Shown here: positions 12,141 to 21,822 of the stretch, one piece after another | Numbering within the stretch: the stretch's first letter is position 1 | Layout of the letters: each line of letters begins with the position of its first letter | Assembly (NCBI GenBank): GCA_938084645.1 | Contig: CALKEP010000011.1 | Span: 1-64,000, forward strand | From: an uncultured Phycisphaerales bacterium | Lineage (GTDB): Bacteria > Planctomycetota > Phycisphaerae > Phycisphaerales > SM1A02 | DNA length: 64,000 nt | Reading direction: 5' to 3' | The notes under the pieces: generated by a model | What the model saw: the letters and a program-made list of their open reading frames with translations, nothing else | What the model was told of the DNA's origin: nothing | Databases searched by the model: none | Made by a program: the position numbers and the translations under genes

Positions 12141-12187
12141 GGACGTTCAGGGCCAATCTTCCCGGCCCTCGAAGGATCCTTGTCGAC

Positions 12188-12706
12188 ATGCACTCACTCC
12201 GCCTTCTTCCGTTGCTCTTCGCCGCTCTGACGCTCGTCGGATGCGGGAGCCGTACCGCGACGTTTCCCGGCTACAGCGATCCCGAGGTCTGGAACGCGAT
12301 GGTGACCGTGGCGAACAACCCCGAGTACGACGACTGGTTCGTGTTCGAGAACGAGGTCTGGACCGACCGTCCCGCCGGGCGCATCGAGATCCACCGGTTC
12401 CTTCGTCGGGATCTCGTCCGGGTGGGCAACGACCCCGAGCGACAGGAGGAGCGATGGAAGTTCGAGATCGCCTTCCTGCACACCGATCCTCCGACCATCG
12501 GTTTCTCCGCCCGCCAGATCAAGGTGCCCGCCCATCTCTGGCGTGAAGCCGATCGCTACTTCGCGGACATGCGTTCGATTCTCGGCGTGGAAGGCCTGGA
12601 CGTCGAAGAGACCGTCGAGGTCGAAGTCGAGGTCGTCGATCCCGAGCCCGACGTCGTCGAGCTCGAGTCGCCGCCGGCGGTCGACCTCAACGTCATCGAC
12701 GACTGA
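12188..12706 (+). CDS. Hypothetical lipoprotein (alternative start 12137)
   Basis: Signal peptide with lipobox LTLVGC, GC3-rich codons, operon context. Confidence 0.75.
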   Translation: MHSLRLLPLLFAALTLVGCGSRTATFPGYSDPEVWNAMVTVANNPEYDDWFVFENEVWTDRPAGRIEIHRFLRRDLVRVGNDPERQEERWKFEIAFLHTDPPTIGFSARQIKVPAHLWREADRYFADMRSILGVEGLDVEETVEVEVEVVDPEPDVVELESPPAVDLNVIDD

Positions 12707-12725
12707 ACCGCCCGGGATCCGCCGC

Positions 12726-13541
12726 ATCACTTCCTCGAACCAACCCTCGGACGCGTCGCCGGATCGATCCGCGCCGGCGGTACGGCCACTCGATGCGGAC
12801 GAGAAACGAAGCCTCCGTGGCCTCGGAGCGCTCGCCGCATGCTGGACGGTGCTTCCCGCCCTCGCCGGATTCCTCCTGCTGGCGAAACTCGGTGACGCGT
12901 CGGATCTGCTCCGGACCCTGGAGACCGACTTCGGTTCCATCGCCGCGATCACGATCTTCGCGAGCTTCTTCGCGGTGACCTCGGGGCTGGGGGTGCTGCC
13001 GACCTACGCCCAGGCGATCCTCGCCGGGTGGGCGTTCGGTGCGACCGGAGGCTCCTTCGGAGCGATCCTCGGAATCACCGCCGGGGCGATGCTCGGATTC
13101 GGTCTGGCGAGGCTGGTCTCCGGCAAACGCGTCGAGGCGATCATCGATGCGCGTCCCGTGGTCGCCGCCGTCCGGGACGCGATCCTCGGTGCTGGAGCGA
13201 TTCGGTCCACCTACATCGTCGGTCTGCTTCGATTGAGTCCGAACAGCCCGTTCGCCCTCTCCAATCTCGCACTGGGCGGGGCCCGAACCCCGGTGATCCC
13301 CTATCTGGTGGGCACGATGCTCGGCATGGCGCCCCGGACGATTCTCGCCGCGGTCTTCGCGGCCGGCGCGGCGGCGGACGGCTCACGGGATCTCGCCGCG
13401 GTCGTTCGCGAACGAGGCTGGACGGTGACCCTCGCCGGCATCGTGGTGCTCCTGATCGCGGTGGTGGTGATCGGATCGATCGGAAAGCGGGCGCTTCGTC
13501 GGGCGCTCGACGCTCAGGAAGCCGCGAGCGAGTCGAGCTGA
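12726..13541 (+). CDS. VTT/DedA (TVP38/TMEM64) family membrane protein; start codon uncertain
   Basis: LPTYAQAILAGWAFG, LLRLSPNSPFALSNLALG and YLVGTMLGMAP motifs; multiple TM helices. Confidence 0.85.
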   Translation: MTSSNQPSDASPDRSAPAVRPLDADEKRSLRGLGALAACWTVLPALAGFLLLAKLGDASDLLRTLETDFGSIAAITIFASFFAVTSGLGVLPTYAQAILAGWAFGATGGSFGAILGITAGAMLGFGLARLVSGKRVEAIIDARPVVAAVRDAILGAGAIRSTYIVGLLRLSPNSPFALSNLALGGARTPVIPYLVGTMLGMAPRTILAAVFAAGAAADGSRDLAAVVRERGWTVTLAGIVVLLIAVVVIGSIGKRALRRALDAQEAASESS

Positions 13542-16336
13542 CGGCTCAGCTTGGCCTGAAGCGGCCCGCCCGAGCCCTGCTCCAACGACAACTCGAGCAG
13601 CCGCGAGGCTTCGGCGAGATCACGGCCCGCGGCCGGGTCATCCACGCCGGTGATGCTCGCGCGGTAGGCGAGGCAGAGCCCGACTTCCGCGGTGACCTCC
13701 GAATCGCGTGTCTCCAGTTCGAGCAGGGCGCGACCGATCTCGACCGATCGATCGAGGCGATCGCGGATGTCCGACGCGGCGGATCCGGCCTCGTCGGGAT
13801 CCGCACCGCTCGCGACCGCCGCGATCGCGACCTCCGCGAGATACCGATCCGCGCGAATGGCGAGACGTCGGGCGTCGGCGTCCGGCAGCGTCCGCAGTCG
13901 GGGCTCGATGATCGAGTCGCGGAATCGGCGGACCGTTTCGGCGAACGCGGTGGTGTCTCCGCCATCGAAGCGGATCAGGCGGGAGGCGATCGACATCGCC
14001 TTCATCACGTCCGACACGCCGCCGCGGCGATCGATCGGATCGAGCCACGCGACCTGCTGAGTGAGCTCGAGATGCTGTTGGAGGTGTCGACGGGCGGTGG
14101 CGGGCGCATCGACCTCGAGCAGTTCCTGCAGGTAGAGATGGATCTTCGCGAGATCCCGCCGGGCTCGGTTCGATTCGATTCTCGCGGCGCGATCCGCGAG
14201 TCGTTCACGACGCACCAGTGATCGTTCCATCAGGGTGCGGGCGGTGGCGATGTCGCCGAGTCGCTTGTGCCCGTCCGCCATCCGGACTTCGAGGATCGCG
14301 AGGTCACGATCCGCATCCTCGCCGCGTCGGGCATGAAAGGCGTGTGACTTCTCGTACTCCGCGATCGCCCCTTCGAGGTCGTCCGCCAGGAAGCGCAGGT
14401 CGGCGCGATCGGTACCCAGCATCGCGAGCTGGCGTCCGAAGTCCTGTCCGGAGATCTCCTGGGCCTCGGTGAAGAGTTGGATCGCCTTCTCCAGATACGG
14501 CAGGCGGTCGGCGCGGGGGGTCGCATCGGCCTCCTCCATCGCGAGTTGGGCCGCGACCAGAAGCAGGTCGACCGAATCCGGATGCTCGTTGCGGGCCGCC
14601 TCGAGTTCTTCGGCGATGTTCGAGCGAATCGACGCGGCGGCGTTGGAATCGCCGAGGGAGGGATTCCGGCGCTGCCACTGGATCCGCGCCTGTTGGAGTT
14701 CGAGCGCCAGTTTGCGGGCCTGGATCGTGGCGTCGTCGGGCACCGCGCGGCTCACGCGTTCGAGCCGATCGAGCATCAGGGCTCCGAGCGAACTGGCGGT
14801 GTCGAGCTGGTTCGCCTCCTGCAGCGACCGGATCAGGCTCTCGGTGCCCGATGCGGCCGCTTCGATCTCGAGATCCGCGAGCGCCGCTCGAACCTGCTCG
14901 GCCGCTTCGGCCCGGGCGGTCTCGGCTTCGGCCCGTGCGGAGGTGATCTCGAGCTGCTGTTCCGACGCCTGGGCCGTCAACACCGCGACCGCCGCGAGCG
15001 ATGCGAAGGCGATCGCGAGCAGGCAGGCGACGGAGACCGCGAAGCCTGCTCGATGTCGCGCGAGGAATCGTGTCGTGACGTAGGCGATCGATTCGGGGCG
15101 TGCCTCGACCGGCAGGCCTTCGAGGTGGCGTTGAAGGTCCTCGACGAACTCCCGCGGCGAGCCGTAGCGGCGGGAGGGTTCCCGTCGCAGCGCCTTCAGG
15201 ATGATCACGTCGATGTCGCCGTCGAGGCGACGTCGGATCCGGTCGATTCCACTGTTTCGGCTGGTCGAGATCCGCTTCGCGGCTTCCGCGTCGATCGACG
15301 CGGTCGAGACCGCTTCGCTCGGGCGGAGCGGCTCGGTCTCGAGCTTGGCGTCGCGGATGTTCACGTACCCGCGGTCGACGTCCGCGAAGGGGAGCCGCCC
15401 GGTGAGGAGTTCGTAGAGGAGGACCCCGAGCGAATAGACGTCGGCCCGGGTGCCGATCGATTCCCCGGTGAACTGTTCGGGTGCGGCGTAGTCGGGGGTG
15501 AGGACGCCCTCGCCGGCCTGCGTCACGCGACTGCCGAGCCCGCCGAGATCGGGATTGACGATCTTCGCGATGCCGAAGTCGAGCAGTTTCGGGTCGCCGT
15601 TGGGAGTGACCATCACGTTGTCGGGCTTGATGTCGCGATGCACGACGAGATTCTCGTGGGCGTGTTGCACCGCCATCGCGACCCGCATCGCGAGACGGAT
15701 TCGCTCCTCGATCGAGAGGCGCTCGCGGTCGCAGAAGGCGGTGATCGTCGTGCCTTCCACGAACTCCATCGCGAGCCAGGGGCGATCATCATCCAGCGTT
15801 CCACCGTCGATCAGTCGGGCGATGTCCGGATGATCGAGCGAGGCCAGAACCTGGCGTTCGAGTTCGAAGCGCTTGACGACGGTTTCGTCGCTGGTCGAGC
15901 GGGAGAGGATCTTGATCGCCACCCGTTGTCGGAAGCCGCCCTCGGCGCGACTTCCCTCCCAGACCTCGCCGAAGCCACCGCGACCGATCGGCATCTCCGC
16001 GTCGATCTGGAACACGCCCACTCGATCGGGTCGACGAAATCGCCCGCCACCCTTCGTTCGGGGACGGGAGCCGCCGGCTTCTCCAGAGGGTCGTCGACCC
16101 GGAAGCGGAGGCACGTCGGAGAACGGCGTGGCGGCGGCGGTCTGTTCCACCGTCCGGTCGAGATCGAGTTCGACGGTCGCCGCGGCCTCGCTGGTCAACG
16201 AATCCAACGCCGCGAGCACGTCGGCGAGCAGCTTCTGGTCGTCACCGCACAACCGGACGGCGACGTCCGCGGCAGGACGGTCCGGCTCCTCCCGGATCTT
16301 CGCGAGGATGTCGGCGACGCGTTCGTCGGTACTCAT
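13514..16336 (-). CDS. Hanks-type Ser/Thr protein kinase with TM helix and helical/TPR-like C-terminus
   Basis: IGRGGFGEVW, VAIK, HRDIKPDN, DFG, TPDYAAPE, DVYSLGVLLYELLTG; start set at MSTDERV. Confidence 0.95.
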   Translation of the reverse strand: MSTDERVADILAKIREEPDRPAADVAVRLCGDDQKLLADVLAALDSLTSEAAATVELDLDRTVEQTAAATPFSDVPPLPGRRPSGEAGGSRPRTKGGGRFRRPDRVGVFQIDAEMPIGRGGFGEVWEGSRAEGGFRQRVAIKILSRSTSDETVVKRFELERQVLASLDHPDIARLIDGGTLDDDRPWLAMEFVEGTTITAFCDRERLSIEERIRLAMRVAMAVQHAHENLVVHRDIKPDNVMVTPNGDPKLLDFGIAKIVNPDLGGLGSRVTQAGEGVLTPDYAAPEQFTGESIGTRADVYSLGVLLYELLTGRLPFADVDRGYVNIRDAKLETEPLRPSEAVSTASIDAEAAKRISTSRNSGIDRIRRRLDGDIDVIILKALRREPSRRYGSPREFVEDLQRHLEGLPVEARPESIAYVTTRFLARHRAGFAVSVACLLAIAFASLAAVAVLTAQASEQQLEITSARAEAETARAEAAEQVRAALADLEIEAAASGTESLIRSLQEANQLDTASSLGALMLDRLERVSRAVPDDATIQARKLALELQQARIQWQRRNPSLGDSNAAASIRSNIAEELEAARNEHPDSVDLLLVAAQLAMEEADATPRADRLPYLEKAIQLFTEAQEISGQDFGRQLAMLGTDRADLRFLADDLEGAIAEYEKSHAFHARRGEDADRDLAILEVRMADGHKRLGDIATARTLMERSLVRRERLADRAARIESNRARRDLAKIHLYLQELLEVDAPATARRHLQQHLELTQQVAWLDPIDRRGGVSDVMKAMSIASRLIRFDGGDTTAFAETVRRFRDSIIEPRLRTLPDADARRLAIRADRYLAEVAIAAVASGADPDEAGSAASDIRDRLDRSVEIGRALLELETRDSEVTAEVGLCLAYRASITGVDDPAAGRDLAEASRLLELSLEQGSGGPLQAKLSRQLDSLAAS

Positions 16337-16465
16337 GGGGTCGGCGTTCCGGGATTCGCGACAGGGCACGACCCCGCCGCCTCGAGCGTAGCACGCCAAG
16401 GTCGGTCCGTGACAGCACGGCTCGAATCAAACACCGGATCGGGCAGGAGCGGGCTCGAGGGGGGA

Positions 16466-18583
16466 TCAGGGAACGACGCATGGCCCCCAGAAGCCGAGGA
16501 ACAGGCCCAGATCCGCCGAATCCGTGAAGCCGTCCTGGTTCAGATCCGTGGCACACACCGTCCCGCACGGCCCCCAGTAGCTGAGGATGAAGGAGAGATC
16601 GGCACCGCTGACCTTGCCATCGCCGTTGAAGTCCGCCTTGTTGCAGTCCGGGACGTCGGTCGTGACCAGGCCCAGCAGCGTCACTTCGGGCGTCTCCCCG
16701 GAACCCCCGCCGCCGCCGACGCTGAGCGTGGGCTGGTCGGGCGAGCCCGCGAAGGTCGTGGATGCTTCGCCGATGCCGAGGGCCAGCGCGGTCGCGGCGG
16801 TATCGAGCGAGATCTCGTTGATGAGGTCGAGTTGGATCCCACCGAAGCCCGAGGCACCGGTTCGGGGACGGTAGACGAGCAGGGCGGGGGCGGTGCCATC
16901 GGCGTTCACGACGCCGACGACGATCTCCGAGCCCGGCGTCGAATCGAATCGCCCGGCGGTGATCGCGGTGGCCGTGCGTGGTGGCGGCAGGGGAATGGTG
17001 CTGCGGCTGAACGAGGTCGTCCCGCTGATGATGTCGAGCGTGCCGAGGTCGGTCGCCACGATCGACTCCGCCACGCCGTCGTCATCGAGGTCCGCGGCGG
17101 CGACGCCGACCGGCAGTCCCGAGAGGCCCACCGTGGCGGTGACGTCGAGGCCGCCGGTGACCTGGTTCGGTTGGACGATGGAGAGGATTCCCGAAGTCTG
17201 GCCTTGGAGTCCGGTCGATCTTCCACCCACGCCCAGCGGCGCATCGGGGTCCTTCTTGTTCTCGTCGTCGATCGGGGCGGACGGGCCGGGCTCGTCGCCG
17301 ACCTCGACATCCGCGGTCTTCGCGAACACCCCGCCGCCCTGGGATCGATATCCCGTCGCGGTGTCACTCGACTTCGACACCACCACGATGTCATCGCCAT
17401 CGGCGAAGAGGAAGTTGCTCGACCCGGCGGTCCCGAGGTTCGTCGTCATCACCGCCGAGGGGCCCGCATCCACGGCGAGATCCGCCGCGGGCTGGAGACT
17501 CGAGGGATCCGCGAGGGGATTCAACAGGATGGTGAGATCGTCGTCGCCGAAGTTCGAGATCGCGAGGTCGTTGGTTCCATCACCGTCGTAGTCACCGCTG
17601 GCGATGTCGGTGGGCGAACTGCCCAGGATGTAGTCGAAGGGGCCGGAGAAGCCTCCGCTTCCGGTCGGGCTGTAGATGTTGAGCTTGCCGGCCTCGGTGG
17701 CGATCACGATCTCGTCGAGACCGTCGCCGCTCAGGTCGGTCGCTTCGATCGCGAACGTCGCACCGCTGATTCCAAGATCCTCGATCTCGTCCGGGACGTT
17801 CGTGGTGTCCTCCGCGACCACGACGCCGACGAGAAGATCGGGTGCTCCGAAACCGCTGAAGCTCTGGAAGATCGGATCGATTCGGCGGCCGGGCTCACCC
17901 GAGGTCACGATCGTCGAGAACGTTCCCCCGAATCCACCGATCACCTCGATGAGGGGGACCGAAGTTCCGAGTGGCGGCAGGGCGGCACCCTCGCCCGGGG
18001 CGATCTCGAGCGTTCCCAGCAGGCTCGAGCCGCCTTTGGACTGGATCATCGGATTGGAGCCGCCACCGGACTGCTGGTCGAGCTCGAGTCGGAGGGTGGA
18101 CGCGAGTCGGATGTCGAGGAAACTGGTGTCGATGCTCGTCGACGGGGAGAGTTCGAGTCGGCTCGCGAAACCGTTCTTGCCGACCTCGATGGTGTTGAGG
18201 AAGGACGAGGCGTCAGCGAGGAGTTCGATGCGGAGACTTCCGGGCCGAAGCGCCGTGTTCGTGCTCCGTCCGCCGATGAAGAGCGAGCCCGCGTCGAGTC
18301 TTGCGCCGGAGCCTGGAAGCCGAAGCGTCACGTCGTCCCGACCGAAGATGAGTTCGCCGACGTCCACGTCGGTACCGAAGACCTCGTACTCGAGGGTCGC
18401 GCCGAGATCGAACACCGCCGCTTCGAAGGAGCCCGGAACCACGTTCTGGGACCAGTTCGAGGGGACGTCGAAATCGCCACCGCTCGAATTGAGCCAGCTG
18501 TTCTCGCCCTTCTGGGCAAAGGCCGCCGACGCCGGCAGGAGGAGAAGGAGGGTGATCGCGATGATTGGGCTTGCAGACTTCAT
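16466..18583 (-). CDS. Secreted FG-GAP repeat protein with C-terminal GC-type dockerin-like domain (paralog A)
   Basis: Signal peptide MKSASPII..AFA, DLSGDGLDEIV and GDYDGDGTNDLAI repeats, C-terminal CNKADFNGDGKV...WGPC. Confidence 0.88.
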   Translation of the reverse strand: MKSASPIIAITLLLLLPASAAFAQKGENSWLNSSGGDFDVPSNWSQNVVPGSFEAAVFDLGATLEYEVFGTDVDVGELIFGRDDVTLRLPGSGARLDAGSLFIGGRSTNTALRPGSLRIELLADASSFLNTIEVGKNGFASRLELSPSTSIDTSFLDIRLASTLRLELDQQSGGGSNPMIQSKGGSSLLGTLEIAPGEGAALPPLGTSVPLIEVIGGFGGTFSTIVTSGEPGRRIDPIFQSFSGFGAPDLLVGVVVAEDTTNVPDEIEDLGISGATFAIEATDLSGDGLDEIVIATEAGKLNIYSPTGSGGFSGPFDYILGSSPTDIASGDYDGDGTNDLAISNFGDDDLTILLNPLADPSSLQPAADLAVDAGPSAVMTTNLGTAGSSNFLFADGDDIVVVSKSSDTATGYRSQGGGVFAKTADVEVGDEPGPSAPIDDENKKDPDAPLGVGGRSTGLQGQTSGILSIVQPNQVTGGLDVTATVGLSGLPVGVAAADLDDDGVAESIVATDLGTLDIISGTTSFSRSTIPLPPPRTATAITAGRFDSTPGSEIVVGVVNADGTAPALLVYRPRTGASGFGGIQLDLINEISLDTAATALALGIGEASTTFAGSPDQPTLSVGGGGGSGETPEVTLLGLVTTDVPDCNKADFNGDGKVSGADLSFILSYWGPCGTVCATDLNQDGFTDSADLGLFLGFWGPCVVP

Positions 18584-18915
18584 GTGACTCGATCGTAGCT
18601 CTGGTGGTTCGGTGGTGACGTTCCCCGGCGGGAGGAATTGCAAGGAGGGGATTGATCCCGACCGGGGCCATCGGCCCGAGCGGGCCGGACCGTGGACTCG
18701 GGTCTTCGATCGCCTCGATCGCGCGCCTCGATCAGGTTGACGCGTCGATCCGTCTCGATTCGAGGGCGGTCACCGTTCTCGATTGTGGTTGGATTGCGTG
18801 TTGGTGTATCGGCTTGTCGGCGGGTCGCGGAGGGGAGGCGCCTCGGCCACGCGATTCACCCACCGAGCGGTGTCGGCGGAATGATTCGTCGTGAAACCAT
18901 GAAGCCTGCTTCTCA

Positions 18916-18977
18916 CGTCTCTCTCGCGTCTCTCTCGTGTCTCTCGTGTCTCTTTCGTGTCTCTCGTGTCTCTTTCA
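18916..18977. repeat. Imperfect 9/11-nt tandem repeat YGTCTC(TY)TCG, 6 copies, intergenic
   Basis: cgtctctctcg cgtctctctcg tgtctctcg tgtctctttcg tgtctctcg tgtctctttca. Confidence 0.9.
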
Positions 18978-19069
18978 TGGCGCCCGGATCACCCTCGTCA
19001 GGGACGCTGGTCTTCGTTCGAACAACATTACTCCTTCATCGCGAGCGCTTCATCGCCCTCGTCGTCCGG

Positions 19070-21166
19070 TCAGATGGAACACGGGCCCCAGAGGCTGAGG
19101 AAGAGGCCGAGATCAGCGGAATTCACGACGCCGTTCTGATCGAGATCCTGGGCACAGTCGTCGCAGGGGCCCCAGGCACCGATGATCGAGCCAAGGTCGC
19201 CGCCGTCGACCACGCCGTCACCATTGAAATCCGCCTTGCTGCAGGCGGGCGTCTCGATGGTCTGCAGGCCGAGGAGATTCACGGCAGGGTCGCCCCCCTC
19301 CAGCGGCAAGGAACCGATGCTCAGTGAAGGCCGCTCGGGCGTCGGCGTGCCCCCCGTGCCCAGCGCGAGTGCGCTGACGGGATCTTCGAGCGGGATCACG
19401 TTGACGAGATCGATCAGGATTCCGCCACCCGACCCTTCGAACGGTCTCGGACGGAAGACGAGGAGTTCGGGGTCCTCGTTGTTCTCGCCGATCATCGCGA
19501 TCACGATCTCGGGGCCTGGTACATCGTCGAACTGGCCGGTGGTGATCGCCGTGGCGATCCTGCCGGTCGGGAGCGGAATCGAGCTCCGACTGAATTCGGT
19601 TTCGCCGCGAACCAGATCGAGGTTGCCGGTCGTCGTGATGACCAGGGATTCCGGTGAACCGTCACCGTCGACATCCGTCGACGCCACGCCGTTGGGAATG
19701 CCGGACAACGGAACCGTGGCGACGACTTCGAGGCTTCCATCGACGGAGTCGGGTTGCACGATCGTCAGGATGCCGGTCGTCGAACCGCCCCCCAGCCCGC
19801 TCGCCGTCCCACCGACGCCCACCGGCGGATCGGGGTCCTTCTTGTTCTCGTCGTCGATCGGTGCGGATGGCCCCGGCTCGTCGCCGACCTCCACCTCCGA
19901 AACCTTCGCGAACGTGCCGTCGCCTTCCGACTTGTATCCGGTGGCGGTTCCGGTCGTTCGGGAGACCACGAAGAGGTCCGCGGCATCCGAGAGCAGGTTG
20001 CCTTCCGTCTCGCCGAGATCGATCGTCGCGATCGAAGCCGGGCCTGCCGGAACGACGAGGTCTTCAGCGGCCACGAGGGCGTCGGGGTCCTCGTCGGGAT
20101 TGAGCAGGATCGAGAGATCGTCGTCTCCGAAGTTGGCGATCGCGAGATCGACGGTGCCATCACCGTCGTAGTCGCCGCTGGCGATGTCCACCGGAATCGA
20201 ACCGATCACGTAGTCGAAGGGGCCGGCGATCCCGCCACTGGCGGTCGGCTGGTAGATGCGAAGCTTGCCCGCCTCGGTGGCGATCACGATCTCGTCGATC
20301 CCGTCGCCATCGAGATCGGCGGCTTCGATCGCGAAGGTCGGCGTTCCGATCTCGAGTGACTGGCCGGGCTCGGCGACGTTCGTGGTCTCCGCCGCGCGGA
20401 TCGTGCCGATCAGTCGGTCCGCAATGCCGTCTCCGTTGCTGTCGATGAAATCGGGTGCGATTCTCCGGCCCGGCTGGGCGGCCGTCACGATCGCGGGAAT
20501 CGACGTGGTGTCGATGCCCGCGGGCACGAAGAGGAGATTGATGGTGGTGCCCAGCGGAGGGAGCAACGCCTCCGATCGGCGGACGATCTCGATGGTGCCG
20601 TCGAGGGCCACGCCCTTCTTCGCGAGGAGGACCGGATCCGACGGCGATCCACCGGAATCCTGGTCGAGTTCGAAACGAACGGTGGCGCTCGGTCGGAGAT
20701 CGAAGAAGAGGGTTCCGATCCTGGAGCCCGGCGCAATCGCGAACTGACTGGCGAATCCCTGCTTGCCGATCTCGATGAAGCTCAGGAAGGCGGGGTTTCC
20801 GGGGTCGAGCTGAAGCCGGAACCTGCCGGGATTGAAGTCGCTGTTGGAACTCCGCCCGCCGACGGTGAGGAACTCGGCGAACAGGAACTGCTTGATCCCG
20901 TCAAGAAAGCGAGCATTGACGTCGTCTCCACCGATTTCGATCCCGCCGAACTGGCGACCGATGCCGAGCACCGTGTAAGGCTGGGAACCACCCACTTCGA
21001 AGACGGCGGTGTCGAACGGCCCGGGAAGCTCCTGCAACGACCAGTTCCCCGGGTCATCGAGATTTCCGCCTTCCGGCCGCAGCCAGCGATTCTCGGTCTG
21101 TTGTGCAAGGGACGTCGAGGTCGCGACAAGCAGGGTGGACGCGATGATCAAGGGCAGATGTTTCAT
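19070..21166 (-). CDS. Secreted FG-GAP repeat protein with C-terminal GC-type dockerin-like domain (paralog B)
   Basis: Signal peptide MKHLPLII..SLA; same architecture as paralog A with identical blocks such as VEVGDEPGPSAPIDDENKKDPD. Confidence 0.88.
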   Translation of the reverse strand: MKHLPLIIASTLLVATSTSLAQQTENRWLRPEGGNLDDPGNWSLQELPGPFDTAVFEVGGSQPYTVLGIGRQFGGIEIGGDDVNARFLDGIKQFLFAEFLTVGGRSSNSDFNPGRFRLQLDPGNPAFLSFIEIGKQGFASQFAIAPGSRIGTLFFDLRPSATVRFELDQDSGGSPSDPVLLAKKGVALDGTIEIVRRSEALLPPLGTTINLLFVPAGIDTTSIPAIVTAAQPGRRIAPDFIDSNGDGIADRLIGTIRAAETTNVAEPGQSLEIGTPTFAIEAADLDGDGIDEIVIATEAGKLRIYQPTASGGIAGPFDYVIGSIPVDIASGDYDGDGTVDLAIANFGDDDLSILLNPDEDPDALVAAEDLVVPAGPASIATIDLGETEGNLLSDAADLFVVSRTTGTATGYKSEGDGTFAKVSEVEVGDEPGPSAPIDDENKKDPDPPVGVGGTASGLGGGSTTGILTIVQPDSVDGSLEVVATVPLSGIPNGVASTDVDGDGSPESLVITTTGNLDLVRGETEFSRSSIPLPTGRIATAITTGQFDDVPGPEIVIAMIGENNEDPELLVFRPRPFEGSGGGILIDLVNVIPLEDPVSALALGTGGTPTPERPSLSIGSLPLEGGDPAVNLLGLQTIETPACSKADFNGDGVVDGGDLGSIIGAWGPCDDCAQDLDQNGVVNSADLGLFLSLWGPCSI

Positions 21167-21234
21167 CCGAATCAAACTCCCATCGAGGCAGGGCGGCGGT
21201 CGACGCGGCCTCCAGTTCACGAGACTCCGACTCC

Positions 21235-21263
21235 ATTCTCCAAGTCGACGCCCTTGAACTCAA
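21235..21263 (-). promoter_or_regulatory. Possible sigma70-type promoter for FG-GAP paralog B
   Basis: Minus strand TTGAGT-N17-GAGAAT about 70 nt upstream of the start codon. Confidence 0.4.
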
Positions 21264-21511
21264 CGCCAAATCGAGAAGTCGGTGGTCGGGCACGGCGGCA
21301 GGGACCCGATCCCGCATGGGGGCTGGTAGCACCCGGATTCGTGGTTCGTGACACCGGAAACACCAATCAAGGCGGTTCCAAGAGGGTTGATCGCTGATGG
21401 TGGGGTCCGCTCGGGGCAGGCCGATCGACCGATCCTTGGTCCCTCTGCGTGCTTGAAACGCGATTCCGGTCGACGATGAGGCGCCGGAGTCGACGTACCC
21501 AGAATCGACGT

Positions 21512-21541
21512 AAAAAAAGTACCCCCGGCCGAAGCCGGGGG
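21512..21541 (-). terminator. Rho-independent terminator
   Basis: Minus strand CCCCCGGC-UUCG-GCCGGGGG followed by UAC and U7. Confidence 0.9.
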
Positions 21542-21631
21542 CGGAGGGAGGGAAAAGGGCTGTTTGAACAAGGAGTGGAGCCAGGCTCGTTCCTCGGAGT
21601 CCCGAAGGAGCTCTCGGTGATTGATCACCGT
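21512..21631 (-). ncRNA. Putative ~120-nt small RNA with C/U-rich single-stranded region
   Basis: Lies between a promoter and a terminator; hairpins CGGUGA-UCAA-UCACCG and GCUC-CUUCGG-GACU-CCGAGG-AAC-GAGC, then CUCCACUCCUUG...GCCCUUUUCCCUCCCUCC; no credible ORF. Confidence 0.65.
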
Positions 21632-21637
21632 GCCCCA

Positions 21638-21665
21638 AATATGGCATCCCACGGACGAAATGCAA
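21638..21665 (-). promoter_or_regulatory. sigma70-type promoter with extended -10
   Basis: Minus strand TTGCAT-N16-CATATT with TGn directly before the -10 hexamer. Confidence 0.6.
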
Positions 21666-21822
21666 GAACCGAACGCCGAAATTGACGCTTTTTCCGGCCG
21701 TGCTCTTACCACCGGACCCCCAGACGTCGATGAGTCGGGGGCGAGCAGTGGCGGCACGGAAGACCGCCGAAAGGGGGTTGGGTGCTACCATTCCGTCCTT
21801 CCTCGACCTTCAGGAGTGATCC

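Noticed and set aside
14477..18598. 1373-aa plus-strand ORF
   Set aside because: Shadow spanning the kinase and FG-GAP genes, which carry clear motifs on the minus strand
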